A DNA stretch of 63,415 bases, the filler included, from Folioceros fuciformis (taxonomy: Eukaryota), in NCBI GenBank assembly GCA_049999805.1. It is 13 parts of 13 records of this genome, joined end to end, with 100 filler letters (N's around TTAATTAATTAA, not from the genome) between each part and the next. Parts side by side here need not be neighbours in the genome. Positions count along the whole stretch, not along the records: positions 22,689 to 52,421 come from JBNGIO010005538.1; 12 more parts are not named here. The stretch is one strand, 5' to 3'. Positions 36,791-48,075 of this stretch are shown here, in pieces. Under the pieces are notes generated by a model, which was given only the letters and a program-made list of their open reading frames with translations, was not told the origin of the DNA and did no database searches. Position 1 is the first letter of the stretch. Every line of letters starts with the position of its first letter. A program made the position numbers and the translations under genes.

Positions 36791-38209
36791 TTATACAGGA
36801 CAGCTAAAAGGTGACAAAGACTCATCTAGATTTGTGTTCTTCCAAACCATCATAGCTTCACTTTGATTGCTAGAGGGTTTCAAACAAAGTCCAGCCTTTA
36901 CATCACAAATAGGGTATGCTTGTGGGCAGCAATGAACATGATCATCACAACAAGAAGCAAATTCTAGGGCACAACAACCCCATGCACTACATGTACTTCT
37001 TCTATTCCCACTAAGTTGTGTGCAACAACAAGTATTACCTACTGGACAAGTATGTTTTGTATCACAAATTTGATCACGGAATGTTGTGGAAGAGCTTAGT
37101 GTTAACGATCTACTTGAGAACGGAGGAGACTTCTGTTTCACAGGATAGGAAGCTTCCACATTAATACCACACATTCCAGCTTTTGTGCTAGTGTCACGTC
37201 CCAACCTAATATATCCACTCTCTCCCCAATCCTTACCCCAAGAATTCTTGACAATCCAAAAATTCATCCCACTAGGATCCATTCCATATCCTACAACAGT
37301 CACACCATGGTCTAAGTTTGTTCCACAAATTCCTGTAAACACCCCACTGGAGTAAAATTGGAAGTCTCTTCCTCCTGCCTCTATGGCTACACTTACTGGT
37401 TGATTAGCTACTGCTTTCAAGAGAGCAGTTTCATCATTCAATGGCACATCCTCATAACCATCTATTGTTACTAATTGTCTATCCGTCTCATTTGTCTGAC
37501 ATTTCCCATCAACTCCGGTGTAAGGGTAATCCTCCTCTGTGCTAATACCACCATTTTTCACTATAAACTCAAATGCATAGTCCATAAGCCCCCCATTACA
37601 CCCTTGGTTGATTGTAGTATCACAATCAACAAGTTCTTGCTCTGAGAGACTTACAAGCTTATTTGAAACTATTTGGTTGATTCCCTCCACAGAACCTATT
37701 GTGGAAAAGGCCCAACAACTTCCACAAGGACCTTGATCCTTAACTGGAGTTACCGCCCCCTTGTCCCTCCAATCAATCGTCTTTGGTATGCTAGCATGTT
37801 CATACATGAAGCTTTTTTTGTGATTTTGAAAAGCGTTCCGTGATCTATTTCGTGATGGACCAACAAAACGCAACCTAAATTCTTCATTAGTAAGATCAGC
37901 AAACTTATTCAAACGCAGAGAATAAGTTTTGTGACGTTTTATATTATGCTCATACACATACCAGAAATTGGACTTGAATATGTTGAATTTGATTCTTTTT
38001 TCTTTCGGATTTGTGCCATAGTTTTTCTTAAATGCAACTATCCATGCATCAAAAATATCTTTCACATCACTTTGAAAGTGTGCTTCTTTTTCATCCAAAG
38101 ATGAAACAACATGCTCTAAAGAATTGTGAATAGCATATACATTTGTGCTTGTAAGAACTATGAGAATCATAATAGGAAACATGTATCTAAGTAGTGCCAT
38201 TGAGGTCAT
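36791..38209 (-). CDS. Papain-like cysteine protease with C-terminal granulin domain (RD21-like), intronless
   Basis: Signal peptide, ERFNIN-like prodomain, QGPCGSCWAFS, LDHGV, KNSWG, granulin CC..CC..HCCP. Confidence 0.93.
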   Translation of the reverse strand: MTSMALLRYMFPIMILIVLTSTNVYAIHNSLEHVVSSLDEKEAHFQSDVKDIFDAWIVAFKKNYGTNPKEKRIKFNIFKSNFWYVYEHNIKRHKTYSLRLNKFADLTNEEFRLRFVGPSRNRSRNAFQNHKKSFMYEHASIPKTIDWRDKGAVTPVKDQGPCGSCWAFSTIGSVEGINQIVSNKLVSLSEQELVDCDTTINQGCNGGLMDYAFEFIVKNGGISTEEDYPYTGVDGKCQTNETDRQLVTIDGYEDVPLNDETALLKAVANQPVSVAIEAGGRDFQFYSSGVFTGICGTNLDHGVTVVGYGMDPSGMNFWIVKNSWGKDWGESGYIRLGRDTSTKAGMCGINVEASYPVKQKSPPFSSRSLTLSSSTTFRDQICDTKHTCPVGNTCCCTQLSGNRRSTCSAWGCCALEFASCCDDHVHCCPQAYPICDVKAGLCLKPSSNQSEAMMVWKNTNLDESLSPFSCPV

Positions 38210-38680
38210 CAATTCTAGGGCTTTGAGTTACTATTTCTAGAAATGTAGATTGACACTTCAACTTTTTCATAATTTCTAAATGAATTGTGGTTTGGAAAGA
38301 AGATCATTATGTGTGAACCATTCCATACATTAAAAAATTAATACAAATAAATTCATATATATGCTTTAGCATATTTACAGATTAACTAATACATCTTGAA
38401 CTTGCAAAAAGAAACGAACCTTTCTATTGCAATCAAGAAAGCAAAGAGAACGAACGCGAACACAAACTTAATGTGAACCTTGAGAACAAAAGAATGCTCT
38501 ATTGTTGAACTTTCTTTCAAAATTCGAAGTGAAGATAATAGGTTAGATTATTATATTTATTTACCTTTACTTAGGTATTTAATTTGCTTAACCTGATTTC
38601 AGGATGGGGGGATAGCTTAACAGCCATTTGGAGAAACCGCGGGTGAATGAACGAACACCCTGCTTGCTTCAGGCATATTT

Positions 38681-38854
38681 GCACACCAAGCATGCTGTGG
38701 GTGCCAGACAGAGAGGTGGGCACACCAAGCATGATGTGGGTGCCAGACAGAGAGATGGGGCACACCAAGCATGATGTGGGTGCCAGACAAAGAGATGGGC
38801 ACACCAAGCATGCTGTGGGTGCCAGCCAGACAAAGAGATGGGGGTGTTCGGCAG
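38681..38854. repeat. Minisatellite, about 4 copies of 39-43 bp
   Basis: GCACACCAAGCATG(C/A)TGTGGGTGCCAGACA..GAGATGG repeated head to tail. Confidence 0.9.
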
Positions 38855-38980
38855 CCTGTGAATCATCCTGGCCGAGCCACTGCTTGGAAGAAATGTTGAT
38901 TTGTACACGTCAGAGAATACAAGTAGCGTTAGGGTTGACAGCATTCTAAACCATTCTTGCAAAAACTCGTGCCTCCCAGG

Positions 38981-41113
38981 TCACTTGGGAGCCTGAAAGG
39001 AATATCTGTAGCTGCTCACGTTCTGGTTGAGCGCGCAACTATCATGCGTCATCTCCAGGACAGTCCCCTGAACAGTCCCGTAGTCGTGGTCTTTACAAGA
39101 ACAAATGCCGTCTTTGAAGTGGTGAGTGCGGTATCCATCACGCATGATGACCTCCCGCTTTTCTGTCAAGGAAAAGACCTTGACCCACTGGTGGCAGCTC
39201 GCACACATCCTGAGCCTGTTGGATTTCTTGCGCCCCACAATGGGGCCCATGGCCCTGTTGTACTCCGCCACAGCCTTGTGATCAGCTTCAGAGAGTGGCG
39301 ACGAGGTTGTAGAGGGTGAGTAGGAGAAAGAGGGCTCCGGAGGTGGCTGTTGAGAATAGGCCGGGCCGTCCCCGACGTCGAACCCAAGACGCTTCATGTT
39401 CTCCGTCACGCTGATGACCTTCTCCTGGAGTTGTCTGAACAAGGGATGGTTCTTGGATCCCCCGCCCGAGAGAAACTCATGCACTCCGTCGTTGACGTGG
39501 ATCAAGACACTTGCTGGGTAGTTCTTTGCACCTGCAGATCGCCTCAGCCGGTTTATCCTGTATGCCTCTTCTTTCATTCCCACGGCGGTGTAGAGCCTGG
39601 ACATGAGCAGGTACCCAGACGCATTGCTGGGATCCATCCTCACCACGTTGTCGAAGCACCGCCTTCCGATCTCGAGCTCCCCAAACCTGCTGCAGGCACT
39701 GAGCAGGGAGGTCCAACCCACAATCGTGGGTACAAACGGCATGGAATTGAGCATGTGTTCCGCTTCCTTCAGGTGGCCGGCCCTGCCCAGAAGGTCTGCC
39801 ATGCAGGTGAAGTGCTGAAGTGTGGGAGCTATGCCGTACTCCTCAGTCATAACCCTGAAGAAATTCCTTCCCTCCTTCACCAGCCCTTGGTGGCTGCACG
39901 TCACCAACAGGGCAGTGAAAGTCTGCCCGTCCGGCCTCAACCCCTGCTTCTGCAAGTCGTAGAAGCACTGCAAAGCCATCGCAGGGTCGTCATTCTGGCC
40001 GAAGGCCCTGATCATGGTATTCCAGGCGGCCACCGTCCTCGCAGACAATTCATCAAACACCTTCATAGCATCCCCCATCTGCCCAGCCTGCGAATACATC
40101 TCCACCAACGCAGCCCCTACGATAGGATCAGAATGCAGCCCAGTACTCGTTATCCCCTCATGCACCTTCCTCCCCTCGCTCACAGCTCCTATACTGGTAC
40201 ACGCCCGCAGCACATGCACATAGCTATGCCTGTTGGGCACCACTCCCTGCTCCTGCATCCTGTCGAACAGCTGCAACGCCTTCGTTCCGTACCCATGCTG
40301 CTGATACCCAGAAATCATAGTGTTCCACAAAAACACGTTCCCCTCCTTGGGGCTCGCATTAAAAACCTCCAACGCATCTACCAAGCTCCCGATCTTCGCG
40401 TACATGGTCACGAGAGCGGGCGTCACGAACGGGTCCGCCTCGAACCCGTTCCGCACCACATCCCTGTGCACCTGCTTTCCCAGCCCTAGATCCTTCAGCC
40501 CAGCACAAGCCTTCAGCACCGCACAGTACGTGAAGGAGGTGGGCATCACCCCGGCCTCCTGCATCTTCTCGTACGCGTCCAGCGCGTCATGGTTCTGGCC
40601 TTGCTTGGCGTACCCCGAGATGAGCCCCGTCCAGTCCGCCTCCGAAATCCCGTAGGCCCCCTTGCTGCTCCCGCACTTGACAAGCATTCCCACAGCCGCG
40701 CCCCCCACCTCCCGGTCCCCATCGAGCCCGGCTCTCCTCGTCCTGGTGTGCAGCCTGCTACCGTCCGCAAGGTTCCTCCCCACGGAGCCCGGATGCTTCC
40801 TGGAAACTTCTCCACCGCCGTCCCCTCCCCGGCCGGAGACGCTGGCCTGCACCTCCCGGCCCCATGAGTTGCTAGAGACGCTGTGCCTGAAGTCCGGATC
40901 GCACTGGACGGAGCGCAGAAGGGCCTTCCTGTTGCCCCACAGAAACAGCTCCCCAGCCGCTTCGATTCCAGCTTGCGAGCGTCGGCAGGAACAGGTCGAG
41001 AAGGCCGTGATATGCGTTCTCCAGCTCCTCAGCCACGCCTTGCCCGTACTCCACATAATCGGGCCACCCGAGCTCACATTTGCGGCCTGCGAGCTGTCCA
41101 GGACACCCTTCAT
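38981..41113 (-). CDS. PLS-class PPR protein with E domains and a degenerate DYW domain
   Basis: PLS repeats, ACSHxGLV-like motif, DLLGRAG, RMCASCH, HHFKDGICSCKD plus C-terminal tail; no HxE. Confidence 0.9.
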   Translation of the reverse strand: MKGVLDSSQAANVSSGGPIMWSTGKAWLRSWRTHITAFSTCSCRRSQAGIEAAGELFLWGNRKALLRSVQCDPDFRHSVSSNSWGREVQASVSGRGGDGGGEVSRKHPGSVGRNLADGSRLHTRTRRAGLDGDREVGGAAVGMLVKCGSSKGAYGISEADWTGLISGYAKQGQNHDALDAYEKMQEAGVMPTSFTYCAVLKACAGLKDLGLGKQVHRDVVRNGFEADPFVTPALVTMYAKIGSLVDALEVFNASPKEGNVFLWNTMISGYQQHGYGTKALQLFDRMQEQGVVPNRHSYVHVLRACTSIGAVSEGRKVHEGITSTGLHSDPIVGAALVEMYSQAGQMGDAMKVFDELSARTVAAWNTMIRAFGQNDDPAMALQCFYDLQKQGLRPDGQTFTALLVTCSHQGLVKEGRNFFRVMTEEYGIAPTLQHFTCMADLLGRAGHLKEAEHMLNSMPFVPTIVGWTSLLSACSRFGELEIGRRCFDNVVRMDPSNASGYLLMSRLYTAVGMKEEAYRINRLRRSAGAKNYPASVLIHVNDGVHEFLSGGGSKNHPLFRQLQEKVISVTENMKRLGFDVGDGPAYSQQPPPEPSFSYSPSTTSSPLSEADHKAVAEYNRAMGPIVGRKKSNRLRMCASCHQWVKVFSLTEKREVIMRDGYRTHHFKDGICSCKDHDYGTVQGTVLEMTHDSCALNQNVSSYRYSFQAPK

Positions 41114-41508
41114 GGCGACTCTGCCTTTTTAGGGCTTCGACATCGCAACTTCAAGGCCCGCCCTTCTGTAGATACATGGATATCCAGACGCTCCAGTTAC
41201 CTGCGGAAACGCAACAACAGCCACTGAGGTTACATGCAGGCCAGGTACGTACTCGGAAAGAGACGCGAAGACAACAGAGCTGATGGAGATATTCTCACCC
41301 CCTACTGACAACCGAGTGCTAGGATGCCTCATGGGGTTCGTCCTTCACTCTTGTGTTCATGGTATCTCCGTGTCTACATCTTTGCAATCGGCATGCTAGC
41401 TAGCAGGTAACGCTACGAGCTGCAGGTTGGCAGAACGAAAGAATGGGGTTAGGGTGAGCGACGACGTCCATCAAATCCTACGAGGTTTCTTGGAGGGCAA
41501 GTGGATGG

Positions 41509-44265
41509 TCAATGCCGATCTCCACATGAGCAAGAGCCTTCCACAAAACGGTGCACGCGGTGGGCATCTCTCACTATGATATCCCGATTTTCGAGACGTG
41601 ACATGATCTTGGTGCTGCTGTGGCAGTCATTACACATGCGAAGGTTTTTAGTGACCATCAATGGTGTGCCCTGAGGAGTGTTGAGGAGACCATATGCCAA
41701 GGCCAGCTTCTCTGCATGCCCGCACAGGGCGTCTTCCTTCTGCAGCTCAGAACCTGGCTTCAGGACCAATTCTGTTTGTGGCATATGCCCTCCTTCGTCT
41801 TTCAGCTTCCTGTCCACGCTCCTTATCTTTGAGGAAATGTCAAGCCTTTCTTCCCCCACTGTGAACTCGTGGATTCGGTTGTTAACTTCGATACAGACCT
41901 TTGCAGGCTTCTTCTTGGCACCGTTGTCCCTTCGAAGGTTTTCTATCCTATCTACATTATCCCACCTGCCGTTGCTGGCATAGATGTTGCCCAAGAGAAC
42001 GTATGCCGTGGCATTCTCGGGTTCCAGTTCTACAAGACGATCAAAACACCGTCTTCCTCGCTCCGCGTCCCCATGGCTTCGGCAGGCGCTGAGCAAACAT
42101 GTCAACCCCACAACATTCTTCTCAAAGGCCGGCATTGTACGCAGAATATGCTCTGCCTCATCCAGAAGGCCAGACCGCCCAAGAAGATCAATCATGCAAT
42201 TGTAGTGATGAGCAGTGGGTTGAATGCCGAGGTTTTTCATCATACCAAAATATTGCCTGCCTTCACGCACCAGCCCTGCGTGACTGCATGCCACCAGAAG
42301 GCAAATAAAAGTGGTGGCATCCGGGTGGACACCATCCTCGAGCATCCCTTTGAAACATTTTATCGCCATCCGACCATCGCCGTGTTCCGCATAGCCATTT
42401 AATAGAGCACTCCATGTCACCACATCCCTATTGGGCAATCCATCAAATACACTCTGAGCATCGTTCAAGCGGCCACATTTTGCATACATGTCCACAAGGC
42501 AGCTGCCAATAAGCGTATCCGTGTCCAATCCCTGTTTTCGAATGCATGCGTGGAGCTCCTTCCCACGAAGCAGAGCTCCGACACTAGTACAGGCTCGAAG
42601 AAGGCACACGAATGTAACCTGATTGGCTGGAACGATGCCTTCCTGTTGCATACTGGAATAAAGAGAGAGCGCTTCTATGCCCTTCCCTTGCTGGACGTAT
42701 CCTGCCATCATGGAGGTCCAAGTCACCACGTCTCTTGTTGGCATTCTGTCGAACACACTGCGAGCATTGTCCAAGCTTCCACACTTTGAATACATGTCGA
42801 CCAGACAATTCCCCACGAGTACATCGGCTTCCAGTCCTCTCTGCCTGATCTGAGCATGAAGCTGTTTACCGTGGTGCATATCTCCGAAGCTTGCACAGGC
42901 TTGCAGGAGGCTCATAAAAGTAACAGCATTAGCTAAAGTCATGCCATCCCGTTGCATGCCCGCATAGAGGTCAAGCGCTTGTCCACCAAGCCCATGCTGA
43001 GCATATCCTGCAATCATAGCATTCCACACCACCACACTCCTCGTGGGTAGCCTGTCGAACAACCGGCGGGCATCCTCCAAGCTCCCACACTTCGCGTACA
43101 TGTCCACCAAACAGCTACCGATGAACACATTGCCTTCCAGACCCCTTTCCTGAATTCTAGCATGCAGCTCCTTCCCCTGCACCAAAGCTCCAAGCCCAAT
43201 ACATGCTTGAAGGAGGCACACAAAGGTGACATGATCAGCCGGAATTACACCCTCTTGCTGCATATCTTGATAGACAGCCAGAGCCTGTCGACACAGCCCC
43301 TGCTGCGTATACCCTTTGATCATGGCAGTCCATGTCACAACATCTCTCTCGGGCAGACTGTCAAACACTTTGCGAGCATCATCCAAGCTCCCGCACTTGG
43401 CATACATGTTCACAAGGCTGTTCCCCACGAAAATGTTCCCCCCCCCAGGATTCGCCAGAATATCAGCATGCACCTCCTTCCCAAATACCAGATGCTCTGC
43501 AGCAGCACAGGCCTTGAGAATCGCCACATACACATGATCATCTGGCTTCACAATGGAATCCCTCATCAACCGATACAACTTCATGGCCTCCAGAACCTGG
43601 CCATGCCTGGCATGCGCCAGTATGATGGTGGCCCACAAATGAGCGTCCGGAGCCGCCACCTTATCAAAAACCTCCACTGCCTCCCTCAATCTCCCGTGAG
43701 AAGCATAAATTCCAATCATGTGGGTGGCCAAAAAGGGGTTCGACTCGTACCCACATCGGCAAGCAAGGGCATGAACACGGCTCCCAAGACCCAAATCCTT
43801 CTGCCCAACGCACCTCTTGAGGACACGATAGAATAACATGTGGGTGACATGACACCCTCTTTTCACCAGGTGCTCCAACGCTTCCACACTATCTTTCAAC
43901 TCCCCCTCCTCACAACACTCTGTCAAAATCTCAACCCAATTGCCATCACACTCCCTCGACTCCCTCACCCCAGCGTCCCATCCGGCCAGCAGCGACGCCA
44001 CCCTACCGGGACTCGCACTGTCCTTCGCGGCCTTCTTGTGCCCGAAGTCAGGATACCTCCTTGCGTCTGAGAGCAGATCTCTCCACCGCTCCCCTTTCTG
44101 AAGAATTCCATCATCAATGTGAGCAGCAGAAGCTGGAAGATCAACCAGTGACAGGCCATAGTCCCGCCTGAAGCTTTGCTTCAAATTAAGCTCACTGACT
44201 GACAGCTGCTGCTGCTGCTTCGAGTCCACAAACAACGCCACATTTTGCAAAGGCAGCAGCGCCAT
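41509..44265 (-). CDS. PLS-class PPR protein with a DYW:KP (DRH-type) domain; candidate organellar U-to-C editing factor
   Basis: KKKPAKVCIEV, LCGHAEKLALAYGL (HAE at 41710-41718), KNLRMCNDCH, ends CSCGDRH. Confidence 0.93.
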   Translation of the reverse strand: MALLPLQNVALFVDSKQQQQLSVSELNLKQSFRRDYGLSLVDLPASAAHIDDGILQKGERWRDLLSDARRYPDFGHKKAAKDSASPGRVASLLAGWDAGVRESRECDGNWVEILTECCEEGELKDSVEALEHLVKRGCHVTHMLFYRVLKRCVGQKDLGLGSRVHALACRCGYESNPFLATHMIGIYASHGRLREAVEVFDKVAAPDAHLWATIILAHARHGQVLEAMKLYRLMRDSIVKPDDHVYVAILKACAAAEHLVFGKEVHADILANPGGGNIFVGNSLVNMYAKCGSLDDARKVFDSLPERDVVTWTAMIKGYTQQGLCRQALAVYQDMQQEGVIPADHVTFVCLLQACIGLGALVQGKELHARIQERGLEGNVFIGSCLVDMYAKCGSLEDARRLFDRLPTRSVVVWNAMIAGYAQHGLGGQALDLYAGMQRDGMTLANAVTFMSLLQACASFGDMHHGKQLHAQIRQRGLEADVLVGNCLVDMYSKCGSLDNARSVFDRMPTRDVVTWTSMMAGYVQQGKGIEALSLYSSMQQEGIVPANQVTFVCLLRACTSVGALLRGKELHACIRKQGLDTDTLIGSCLVDMYAKCGRLNDAQSVFDGLPNRDVVTWSALLNGYAEHGDGRMAIKCFKGMLEDGVHPDATTFICLLVACSHAGLVREGRQYFGMMKNLGIQPTAHHYNCMIDLLGRSGLLDEAEHILRTMPAFEKNVVGLTCLLSACRSHGDAERGRRCFDRLVELEPENATAYVLLGNIYASNGRWDNVDRIENLRRDNGAKKKPAKVCIEVNNRIHEFTVGEERLDISSKIRSVDRKLKDEGGHMPQTELVLKPGSELQKEDALCGHAEKLALAYGLLNTPQGTPLMVTKNLRMCNDCHSSTKIMSRLENRDIIVRDAHRVHRFVEGSCSCGDRH

Positions 44266-44719
44266 ACCGTCCCTGCTGCTTGCTTTCCTCTGATCTCACC
44301 CGACGAAAATCAAACGGAGGCAGATCCGCATCCTCGACATTTCCGCTGGCATGTTTGTGCGCTGAAATCTTCTTCGGATAGAAATCAGGACCTGACAACG
44401 CTATTGGGATGAAGTTTTGTATAATGAAATAAGAAAAAGGTACAAGTGAATAAATAATAGGAGTCAGGGAAGACCACGTAACGTAGCGGTAACGGAACAC
44501 AGTTGTACATTTACCAAGTGTACATTTACGTAACACGTATTACTTGATGCTGCGTATCTCCATTCATAGTACACTGCACTGTCTTGTTCTCCACCCGCTA
44601 TCTACCACTCTACCTGGTTAGCAAACCGCTCCTTCCCATCGCGTTGGTAGACAGGCTCTTGAGGAGTGGAATAGTGGCTTCGCAGGGCAGCGGAGAGGGT
44701 TCTCAATTCTTGTAGGCAG

Positions 44720-46820
44720 TTAGTTGCTCAGGATGGTGCATCGCTTCTGTGGAGGTTCTCTTTCCTTCCCCAGTTGGTCAGTAGCTCCGGCAGCCATGAA
44801 CATCTGCATGAGCTTGTCGTCGCTCACAGCAATTAGCTCGAGCCCCACAGTTACTGCCAACCCATCTCGACTGAAACGCAACAACGGTGAGAGTGAGTAG
44901 GTTAGGACATATCCGTTTTCTACGGCACGCGAAGGGAAAGGAGAGGGGTGCACACACCATGGATTGAGGAACTATGCAATCAAGGTAGCTGGGACGCTGC
45001 GTTCCACGAGCAGGAGCCGAACTGGTCAGCAGCCGTGGCGCATACTTCCTCATAGGCTGAACTTAGGGCTGTATCCTGGCCGTGATGCCGAGGTTCCTTA
45101 TGCTGAGCTAGCCGCCAGGTCAAGGATGTGCCAGACCTTTTCCTTACACATGCATCCAGTCCCGCTGCTACACCATTCAAACGTCCACTGACAATGGCGA
45201 ACTCTTTTCCTTTTGCCGCCGCTTTCACTTCGCTTTCTGCCATTTCAGGTGAAAAGGTGTCCGGGATGGTTATTTGGCTCTCACGGAGAGGTTCCCTATC
45301 CTCTCTTGTTGGGCTGTACGCTGTAACCTTTGTTCCTGCAACGGGGTCTGCATTCTCGTCGTCATTGATGCACTCCTCCACAAAATCCACAAGTAGCTTG
45401 GACCTTTGCGCTTTAGTGCCGCCTACAGATATCTGTGAAGTAGGTATGTGGGTGTTGGCCTTCCAATCCAAATAACTGTTCACCAGGAAGTGCCCACTAC
45501 ATTAGGCCCGGAACGAACACAAGGGAACGCTTGCAGACTGCAAGCGATGCGAATCTTTGGACATGTACCTGAGAGTATGGGCTTGTGGCTGTTGTCAAAT
45601 GGTGCCGGACCAATTCTGTGCACCTGTTAGTTAGCTCTTCAATGTATCTGTTATGAGCCCTTCTTAGGGCGGCATGGAACGTAACAAAGGCGGAAATCTC
45701 AGAAGATTCTTTGCGAGCTGCAGAGTCACGTTGAACAACAAGGAGATTACCACTATGCCTGCTTAGTGACCCCACTTGCCACACTGGATAATCGCACACA
45801 GATGAAATGCCTTACGTGGACTCAGCTCTTGAAGCCGGATGCATTCCAGCGCAAGGTCAAGCAGACTCCGAAGAACGTGAGCGAGGCGGTTGCATGCTGT
45901 GTCGAGCAAGGGACCCAGCCAAGATCGAGCTTCTGACCGGGCTATAGCAGCTGCTGCAGCTCCCACCCCGCCACCTCTTCTTGCATGGGCCAGTAGCATG
46001 TTTTTCACCCGATGTCCGTCCGAATGTTATTACAACTTGTTGAAGTTGCTGACATCCAGAACAGGATTCTGAAGGGAACCAGAATTCGCACGTTTTCCTT
46101 GGAGACTATTTGGCATTCGAATGTACATGCAGCACAGCGAAATTCATTTAGCACTCTCTCAAAAGCAGCTCTGCCATACAACCTGAGCCCTGCATCTAGA
46201 GGCCTGACTTCAGTGTTCAGACCGGGCCAGTGCATTGCACCACTGGCTGCTCTCTCCTCTTCAGTGGTTCGGCCCCATTCAGAAGGAACCAGCTCAGCCG
46301 CTCCATCCAAAATGGCAGCCTTTTCCAGCAGCATGACTTACTACATGACTGGCCACGGCAGTTGCGTGAGTCATAGCAGCTCTGCGTAACGATGCTACAT
46401 CGGCAGCCCTGAAAAGTCTTGAATCAAGTAACGTCAATTCCTTACACATCTCAGAACATCGCTCTTCCAGTAGAGCCAATGTCGCTGGTGCAGCATCCAT
46501 GTACCTGAAAATTGCCATAAGAGGATATGTTACAACCTACCAACAGAAAGGGTTCTTGTTTCTACTGGCATACGTGATGCACCTTCCTTGCAGTTCCTGC
46601 CCCAAATATCTCTTCAGTTTTCCGAAGCCAATTTGGAGACCGAATCGATCTTCATCAAAGCCTCCAGTAATGTTCTCACGGAGGTGCTTCACAACTCCTC
46701 GTTATTCGACGGAGTACGATCCTTCGGCAGCGCAACAAAGCAAGGATGGAGAGAATTGCACTCTCCAATATCACCTCCAGTACTCAAATACCGATCCACT
46801 TCCCAACGCTCTAGAAACTC
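44720..46820 (-). pseudogene. DRP5A: Dynamin-related protein 5A-like pseudogene, lacking the N-terminal GTPase exons
   Basis: RWEVDRYL..FVALPKDR, AAPATLALLEERC, LYGRAAFERVLNEFRCA, ARSEARSWLGPLLDTACNRL, GLELIAVSDDKLMQMF; frameshifting deletion near 46690 and internal stops. Confidence 0.75.
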
Positions 46821-46950
46821 CTGAAAGAACAGAGACGATGTTGAAGGTTTGGTACGTTTGCCAAAGGGGAAATGAAAAACTTGGGTATGAGACGAGAATA
46901 TTCTTCAAGATACCCAAAGAAAGACCATTGAAATAGTTTCAGTGAGAGAG

Positions 46951-48075
46951 TGTCCGTTTTGGCATGCCATAGTTAACACCAGCCCCTGAGCATCGATCGA
47001 ACGGGATCCCAACCCAACCCTGCTCGCAGCTGTAAACGAATACATTTCAAATTAAAATCAGTCCATGTTTATAAAATATCGTTGGCGATTAGCCTATTGC
47101 TCCCATGAAAGGAAGCACTCGAACGAGTAGAAATCAAATTGTGCTTGAATAAAGCTATGAAATACCGACACGGTCAGGGTGCCTTTCACACAAACTTTAG
47201 GGTGGCGGTATACGGTCCAAACATTTTGGACATAACAGATGTGCCAGCTTCGGTCGTAGGGCAGAAAGTAGGTGTCTACTTTGTGCCTTGATTGGGACAT
47301 CTACTTTGTGCCCTTATTTATCCCTCACGTTTGGGTCTGTCTCTCTCCACTCATCCTCATTCACTTTTTTTTGTTAGGGTTAAGGCTTGTGGGTTCACCA
47401 TCCTTCCTTCGGACCTCAGCGTTTAGCGTGTTGTTCATTGTGCACACATATGTCGCCTCCATGCACACCTCTAACCGTCTGAGTTTTTGCCAGTCCAATG
47501 CAGAACTTGCCCAAACCGCGCTGTCGATTGGGAGCCTTCACGGCAGTGGCAATCGGGAGCCCTCCCTCACAACGGTGTCAATCGGGATTCCGCACGGCAG
47601 TGGCAATCAGGAGCCCTTGTAGTGGTGTCAATCGGGACAAATCGTAAAACACTGTGTCAATTGGGACGAATCTTAAAACACTATGTCAATCGGGACAAAT
47701 CTTAAAACACCAAGTCAATTGGGACGAATCTTGAAACACTGTGTCAATCGGGACAAATCTTAAAACATTGTGTGTATGAACCGAAATAAAGAACAAAGGA
47801 TGTGTCCCTTTCGTCCACATACCGGTTAGAGTGAGAGAAAAAAAATCCCTATACGGTGTACAAGTAGGTTTGATGACGTGCCTAGGTTGAGTAAGGAAAT
47901 ATTCTTGAGATGCCATCGTATATTCTCACAGAAGATATTCCCGTATTCCAAAAAAACATCAGTGTGCAGCCCCTACTTGAATCGGTATTCCATAGTAACC
48001 ATCGTCCACAGACACAGCAAATTGTGGTCTCTTTTGGACGATTCAGACAAGGCATATGGCATGCCAAACCGGACA
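46951..48075. mobile_element. Putative non-autonomous element bounded by inverted repeats
   Basis: 21-bp inverted repeats TGTCCG(T/G)TTTGGCATGCCATA at 46951-46971 and 48055-48075, GAG on both outer sides; internal ~29-bp tandem repeats at 47626-47770. Confidence 0.5.

Noticed and set aside
38681-38854. CRISPR-like array
   Set aside because: Head-to-tail repeats with no unique spacers, no cas genes, and a eukaryotic context.
39350-40489. Long plus-strand ORFs opposite the PPR, PK and F-box genes
   Set aside because: Expected stop-poor antisense frames of GC-rich coding sequence; no motifs.
47626-47770. CRISPR-like array
   Set aside because: Contiguous ~29-bp tandem units without spacers.
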